A program made the translations under genes and the position numbers. The notes under the pieces were generated by a model. The model was not told the DNA's origin. It saw only the letters and a program-made list of their open reading frames with translations, and did not search any database. From Promethearchaeota archaeon (lineage in GTDB: Archaea; Asgardarchaeota; Lokiarchaeia; Sigyniarchaeales; SOKP01): a stretch of DNA of 64,000 nucleotides. Position 1 is the first letter of the stretch; the number at the start of each line of letters is the position of its first letter. Location: assembly GCA_019057795.1 (NCBI GenBank), contig JAHLWS010000042.1, forward strand, positions 1-64,000, in the 5' to 3' direction. Shown piece after piece: positions 59,208 to 64,000 of the stretch.

Positions 59208-61832
59208 ATGACAGAAAAAGATTTAACGCTATATAAACTGGCTAAATTCACTAATTTAGAGATCACGATGGAGGGGCAGGTTCAATCTTCTGGAGCGAAC
59301 CAAGCCCGCCTTATGGAGAAATACAAAAAAAATAAAAGTTCTATTAAACAACAAGTTATTGCTATAAAAATAATATTTGCCTTAATGCTTTTATTCATCT
59401 CTTTTTTACCAATAAGTACTTATTTAGAAGCTAAAGACGCTCTTGGTAATCCTCTAATTTCTGCAGATTCGGTCTTAATCCCCGGAAGTATTCTTTTTGG
59501 AGCATTTTTTATTATGCAATTATTATTTTTAACAATGTTGGGGATGTTCAGTATTGCGGCCATGATGTCCGGAGAGGCTTTTAGGTGGTACGAGACCCTA
59601 CCCATCTCTAAGGATAAATTAAGGAAATTAGGATTTATGACGGTTTTTCGCAATTTAGATGTCGGACTTATAACTATGACTCTTGCTTTTCCAGTCGTAA
59701 TGTTCATCATTTCACTAAATATAATATTGGCTTTAATTGCTGCATTTGTTTCTATAATTAACGTTATGTTTTCTTTTAGCGTATTGGTTTTAATATCAGA
59801 AAGGATTAGCCGCGTATTAAAGGTTAGCGAAGCAGGTTCTAAGAAGGCGACACTTATCCGTATATTTACTATGTTGAGTTATATGATAGTAATATTTTCC
59901 GCTACTTTTTTTATTCAAGGGATAATAAGTGCTTCGAGAGAATTTTTTTATTTAAGTGCTTCACTTGAAATTCCATTTTTAGTAAAAATCTTTATGAGTT
60001 TAATCCCGTTTCCTTTTGCACCAGGTTATTTATTAACATTGGCTCTTGAACCAACGAGTTTTCCTGCTATTTTTTGGATTACTACTATTTTAGGAGTTGT
60101 GCTCTCCATATTATTAACCCGATTCGTCTATAAAAGAGCGTTAAAGGCAATGTGGATAGTTACTTCTTCAGCCGCACTTGAAACAAAACAAAAGACTACT
60201 TCCAAAAAAAAACCTGAAAAAGAAATAGAAGTGCTTATTATATCACGAACCCCAATAAAAGCTTATATCCGTAAGGATTTATCTACTACAACAAGAGATT
60301 TTCAGACATTTATGTTTGTAATTATGCCTTTCATCCTCCCTTTTATGACATTAATTCCCATTTTGACGAGTGTAAGCGGAATAGGTGCTTCTTATTATGA
60401 AGACTATATTGTAATTTGGGCTTTTCTAACTATGTACCAACCCATGATTTCAATGATGCTTACTTCAGGGTTTTTAAATATGGAAGATACTGGGGCGGCA
60501 ATACTTTCTTCTTTACCAATTAATCCTCGCGACCAAGCTAAAGCGAAATTGTTTTTAGTGGGTTCAATTCAGACGATCTCTTATTTCCTACCGATTTTTC
60601 TGTTTATTGGAAATCCCGAATTTTTAAACTATTTGCTGTCGTTTATTGCGTGGTATCCAGTAGTATTGACATTGCTATTATCCATGTTCCAATTGAAAAT
60701 TCGATTTTTTGGGAGAATGAAATATAAATTTGTTGTAGAGGAAGTTGCTCCAGAAAAAAAAGTAGTTAAATGGACTATATTGATAGTTGGTTTATATTTG
60801 ATTTACTTAGCATTTAACTTCTTAGGGGGTATTTTATTAATGTTTTACGGTGCCAATGTGATGTTTTTAGTAACTTTTATTGCGGGCTTGTTCTCTTTCG
60901 GTATTTTACTTCTTTCATTTAATAGCATGTTTCCAAAAGTACCAGGAAAGAAGAAAATGATAAGTATAAGGGAAAGCTTCAGAAAATACCCTATCTTTGG
61001 TACATTAATTCTATTATTATTATATGCGGGATTCTTATTTTTACCAGCACTTATTGAATTACCTTTAATCTTTATCTTGGAATTTATCCCCTTCATTGCT
61101 TTATTATTTATTGATTTCTTCGTTTCTTTTGGAGTAATGGCATTATTTTGGTTATTAGTTGTTCCACGTTCATTAGATCTTCCAGAGGGAAAACAGTCTC
61201 TAAAAGAATATGTAAAAACCATTGGGTTGAAATTTGATAATAAAATAGTTCGCAATATACTGCTTGGAATTGGATGTTCAATAATATTTTTCATTAGTAC
61301 TTTTATTACAGGGAATTTTTTCGGGAATTATACCTTTGATTTAGATGTGATTTTTGGAACTCCTGGTTCTAGTATTGCGTTATTTGGATGGTTTTTCCTT
61401 ATTATAATGTTGATTCCCGGGATATGGGAAGAAGTAGCATTTAGGGGTGTAATCACTAAATTAAATTTAAGGAGATATTCTCAAAGAACAACATGGATAA
61501 TAGTATCCATATTATTTGGATTATTTCATTTTGTCAATTTATTAGTTGGGAGATATTTGGTTCTAACAATTTTACAAGTAATATATGCGGCTCTATTAGG
61601 GTTTCTCTTCGGATACATGTTTATCAAAACTAAAAGTTTAATACCTAGCATTATTGCGCACTATCTCATAGATTCTGTTGGACAACTATTTTTGTTTACG
61701 AGTTTTGAGAATATTACTCAACTAATTTTATTTGCAGTAATAGGTGTCGGAATTATCCCTACTGTTTTTGGTATGTTGTTAATTAAATTAGTTGTTAGAG
61801 ACAAAGACGAGAGATTTGATTTAATAAACTAA
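59208..61832 (+). CDS. ABC exporter permease fused to a CPBP (CAAX protease/Abi) domain with intact motifs
   Basis: WEEVAFRG, FGLFH, SIIAHYLID; collinear with 55723..58362. Confidence 0.78.
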   Translation: MTEKDLTLYKLAKFTNLEITMEGQVQSSGANQARLMEKYKKNKSSIKQQVIAIKIIFALMLLFISFLPISTYLEAKDALGNPLISADSVLIPGSILFGAFFIMQLLFLTMLGMFSIAAMMSGEAFRWYETLPISKDKLRKLGFMTVFRNLDVGLITMTLAFPVVMFIISLNIILALIAAFVSIINVMFSFSVLVLISERISRVLKVSEAGSKKATLIRIFTMLSYMIVIFSATFFIQGIISASREFFYLSASLEIPFLVKIFMSLIPFPFAPGYLLTLALEPTSFPAIFWITTILGVVLSILLTRFVYKRALKAMWIVTSSAALETKQKTTSKKKPEKEIEVLIISRTPIKAYIRKDLSTTTRDFQTFMFVIMPFILPFMTLIPILTSVSGIGASYYEDYIVIWAFLTMYQPMISMMLTSGFLNMEDTGAAILSSLPINPRDQAKAKLFLVGSIQTISYFLPIFLFIGNPEFLNYLLSFIAWYPVVLTLLLSMFQLKIRFFGRMKYKFVVEEVAPEKKVVKWTILIVGLYLIYLAFNFLGGILLMFYGANVMFLVTFIAGLFSFGILLLSFNSMFPKVPGKKKMISIRESFRKYPIFGTLILLLLYAGFLFLPALIELPLIFILEFIPFIALLFIDFFVSFGVMALFWLLVVPRSLDLPEGKQSLKEYVKTIGLKFDNKIVRNILLGIGCSIIFFISTFITGNFFGNYTFDLDVIFGTPGSSIALFGWFFLIIMLIPGIWEEVAFRGVITKLNLRRYSQRTTWIIVSILFGLFHFVNLLVGRYLVLTILQVIYAALLGFLFGYMFIKTKSLIPSIIAHYLIDSVGQLFLFTSFENITQLILFAVIGVGIIPTVFGMLLIKLVVRDKDERFDLIN

Positions 61833-61844
61833 ATTTTTTTTCTT

Positions 61845-63134
61845 TTACAACTTTTTTTTAGATCCGCCAATAATGTAGGAAATACAAATCTTTAAAACAT
61901 TCTCAAGAGCTCCTTTTTCAATTTTATCCAAAGTATCTGTAGGTTGGTGGTAAAATCCAAGCATTTTTTTTAAATCCATGGCAGAAATATTAGCAGCTTT
62001 AATCTTTGCTTTTGAGAATGCTGTAGCATCTGTGCCACCAGTAATTTGGCCAAATAATTTTTCTAACTTATTTGATCCTCCTAATCCAGATGTTTGAAGC
62101 TTAATTTCGGAATTTTTAGCGGCGCTTATTATTTTTTTAACAACAACATCGGAATGTTTTGTGCGAGTTGTTGGTTCAAAATCTATGATAGAAATATTGT
62201 CTTTGCTTTGTATTGCGTCCATATTAACACATTCTGCGTCGAACTTTACTAATTCGTCGTAATGTTCTTTAACATATCTATAAGCGCCCCTTAAACCAGC
62301 TTCTTCGCAACCAAAAGATACCAATCTAATTTCTGTGTTTTTTAGTATAATTTCTTTATGATTTTTTAGGTATTTTCCAATAGCTAATACGATTGATACG
62401 GCACTTAAATTATCAACAGCCCCGGGTACTTTATTAGCCTTTTTTCCAAACGATACGAAGAAGAATAAACCAATAAAAGCTGGGGTTCCTATTAAAAACA
62501 GGCTCAATACAAAAATAAAAAAGATTTCATAGAAAAATAAACCCATTAAGGTTAATAGTAATATAACTGTTGAAACTATCAACCACAAGAACATAATACC
62601 TAAGCCTAAAAAGATAATAATGGGATAACCTATTTTTAAATGAGTTAATAAATTAAATTCAAGCGCACTATCGTGATGGCCAGAGAAGATCACGATTTTT
62701 TTTAATTCTTCCTTAGGGTAAATTTTTCCAATAACATTTTGTGATTCTCTTGATTTAAATAATGGATCAATGAATTCTCGATAATTAAAAAATTCATTCC
62801 ATATGATTAAAAACGCAATTATGTTTAAGCCAAACGATAAAAATGTCATTACATAACTCCAATAATTTATTAAATTAAGCGGTATCAGAAAAAAGGTTAG
62901 AAATGACATAACAACTAAAATAAGGTTAACCTTTATAAATCCTAAGAACGCACGAGGATTACACGAGAAGGGTTCTATTACCGTCTTATCACAGACAGAT
63001 GCTAATTCCTCTTTTATTATTTCTGCACTTTGAGCCTCTTGAGGGCTACAAGGCATTCTTGGACCGCACTCTTCGATAATTCTTTGGATTATTTCATACA
63101 TGTATTTTGAATCTTTGCTTGAGATTTCAATCAT
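61845..63134 (-). CDS. M28 family metallopeptidase with inserted TM segments
   Basis: SGHHDS, GAVDNLSAV, GCEEAGLRG, NMD, YHQPTDT; four hydrophobic segments. Confidence 0.85.
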   Translation of the reverse strand: MIEISSKDSKYMYEIIQRIIEECGPRMPCSPQEAQSAEIIKEELASVCDKTVIEPFSCNPRAFLGFIKVNLILVVMSFLTFFLIPLNLINYWSYVMTFLSFGLNIIAFLIIWNEFFNYREFIDPLFKSRESQNVIGKIYPKEELKKIVIFSGHHDSALEFNLLTHLKIGYPIIIFLGLGIMFLWLIVSTVILLLTLMGLFFYEIFFIFVLSLFLIGTPAFIGLFFFVSFGKKANKVPGAVDNLSAVSIVLAIGKYLKNHKEIILKNTEIRLVSFGCEEAGLRGAYRYVKEHYDELVKFDAECVNMDAIQSKDNISIIDFEPTTRTKHSDVVVKKIISAAKNSEIKLQTSGLGGSNKLEKLFGQITGGTDATAFSKAKIKAANISAMDLKKMLGFYHQPTDTLDKIEKGALENVLKICISYIIGGSKKKL

Positions 63135-63404
63135 TAATATCACTAGTTAATTGGTTTTGAAATTGTTTTAAAAAATTTATTATATAATTTTAGACGAATT
63201 TAAAAATTGTATTTGATATTTAAAGTGTATTTAAAATTTAATTTCTATTTTTAACAAATAAAATTAACAAAATGTTAAAATTTTTTAATGAAAACTTTTA
63301 CTAGTATTTTTGTCTAAAACAATATCAAAATATTATATGAATATAAATTTGTTTTACTATAATTTTTATGTAAGCTGAAAAACTAATCGGAATTTAGTGA
63401 TTGA

Positions 63405-64000
63405 ATGAGTAGTAACTTGAAAAAATTTGAGGTTTCTTGCCCCAGATGTGGCGTGGGAAGAGAAATATCAGTTCCAGAATCGTTATTTTTTAATAAAAAG
63501 TTTGGTACCGTTAAGATTAAAGTGCCTCAAGGAGCAGTGTGTAAAGAGCACAATTTTATCGTTTTTATTTCTACTAAAGGAAATATTGTTGGATACGACA
63601 TAATTGACGCTTCCGTATCGTTAGATCAAAAAGACAAATTGCCGATTGATTTAATTAGTTTGACATTAGATGAATTAATTGATGCGTTTGGTTTTAATTG
63701 TGTTGCGGGTTTCATACACGCTAAATTATTCGATTACAGCGCCCGTATTATTAGAAACGAAGAATTCACCCTCGACATAGAAAAATTAAACGAGTTATTT
63801 GACAGTTTAATCCCTGTTAAGTATCGAAATTCGAATGCTATAATAGACGAAGAATTTGACTCTTATGTGTTTTCTAATCCAAATTTTTACTATACTATGA
63901 TTAAAAATAAACATAACAGCGCGTTTTTAATCAATAATCGTAAATTGGTTATCCAAGTGCCATGGCATACGCACATTGATTTTGAAAAGACTATATTAAG
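63405..64000 (+). CDS. Zn-ribbon (CPxC...CxxH) protein, partial (runs off the window)
   Basis: Open frame MSSNLKKFEVSCPRCGVGREISVPES..VPQGAVCKEHNFIVFISTKGNIVGYDIID with no stop to the window end; absent from the ORF track because it is truncated. Confidence 0.75.
   Translation, partial: MSSNLKKFEVSCPRCGVGREISVPESLFFNKKFGTVKIKVPQGAVCKEHNFIVFISTKGNIVGYDIIDASVSLDQKDKLPIDLISLTLDELIDAFGFNCVAGFIHAKLFDYSARIIRNEEFTLDIEKLNELFDSLIPVKYRNSNAIIDEEFDSYVFSNPNFYYTMIKNKHNSAFLINNRKLVIQVPWHTHIDFEKTIL

Larger units (their letters stand above)
54915..61832 (+). repeat. Tandem duplication of a two-gene ABC ATPase + permease-CPBP unit
   Basis: The ATPases share long identical nucleotide tracts (e.g. aaatcgctcacgcctaaagatttgtttaattttatagc); the permeases are more diverged but collinear. 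Confidence 0.85.

Noticed and set aside
974-61294. Numerous short antisense or overlapping ORFs in the track (e.g. 974..1159, 11663..12085, 28432..28806, 53299..53643, 60845..61294)
   Set aside because: They lie opposite or inside well-supported genes, have no recognisable motifs, and are typical shadow ORFs.
1-64000. CRISPR array, rRNA genes, prophage or integrase at the tRNA
   Set aside because: No regularly spaced direct repeats, rRNA-like sequence, integrase or duplicated tRNA 3' end was seen by eye.

Overview
AT-rich archaeal chromosomal window, most likely from an Asgard archaeon of the Lokiarchaeia/Promethearchaeia type. This is an inference from gene content: a Rag/Arf-like GTPase, gelsolin-domain and longin-like proteins, HEAT-LRR paralogs, eS25, an intron-containing tRNA-Ser(CGA), and selenoproteins with a eukaryote-like SECIS. 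Housekeeping genes (lig, hisS, hisC, pyrF, AMP phosphorylase) are interspersed with anaerobic redox genes (two AORs, HdrA-MvhD, a four-subunit 2-oxoacid:ferredoxin oxidoreductase, a LutAB-like pair) and eukaryotic-signature-type genes. The ORF track misses several things visible in the sequence: (1) hdrA and mvhD each contain two in-frame UGA codons at conserved Cys positions, followed by one eukaryote-type SECIS hairpin; (2) four genes have conserved N-termini that can only be translated from ATA/ATT start codons; (3) a frameshifted tnpB with its 3' hairpins; (4) an in-frame TAG in one AOR. The most promising little-characterised systems are an FrhB-PyrK fusion ending the oxoacid oxidoreductase operon, a tandem pair of ABC permease-CAAX protease fusions (one lacking a catalytic His), a giant LamG/Ig surface protein translationally coupled to a longin/uDENN-like protein, a Bud23-like rRNA methyltransferase next to eS25, and a VTC-DUF4956-CotH cassette. 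All family assignments are from motif recognition by eye; no database searches were run.
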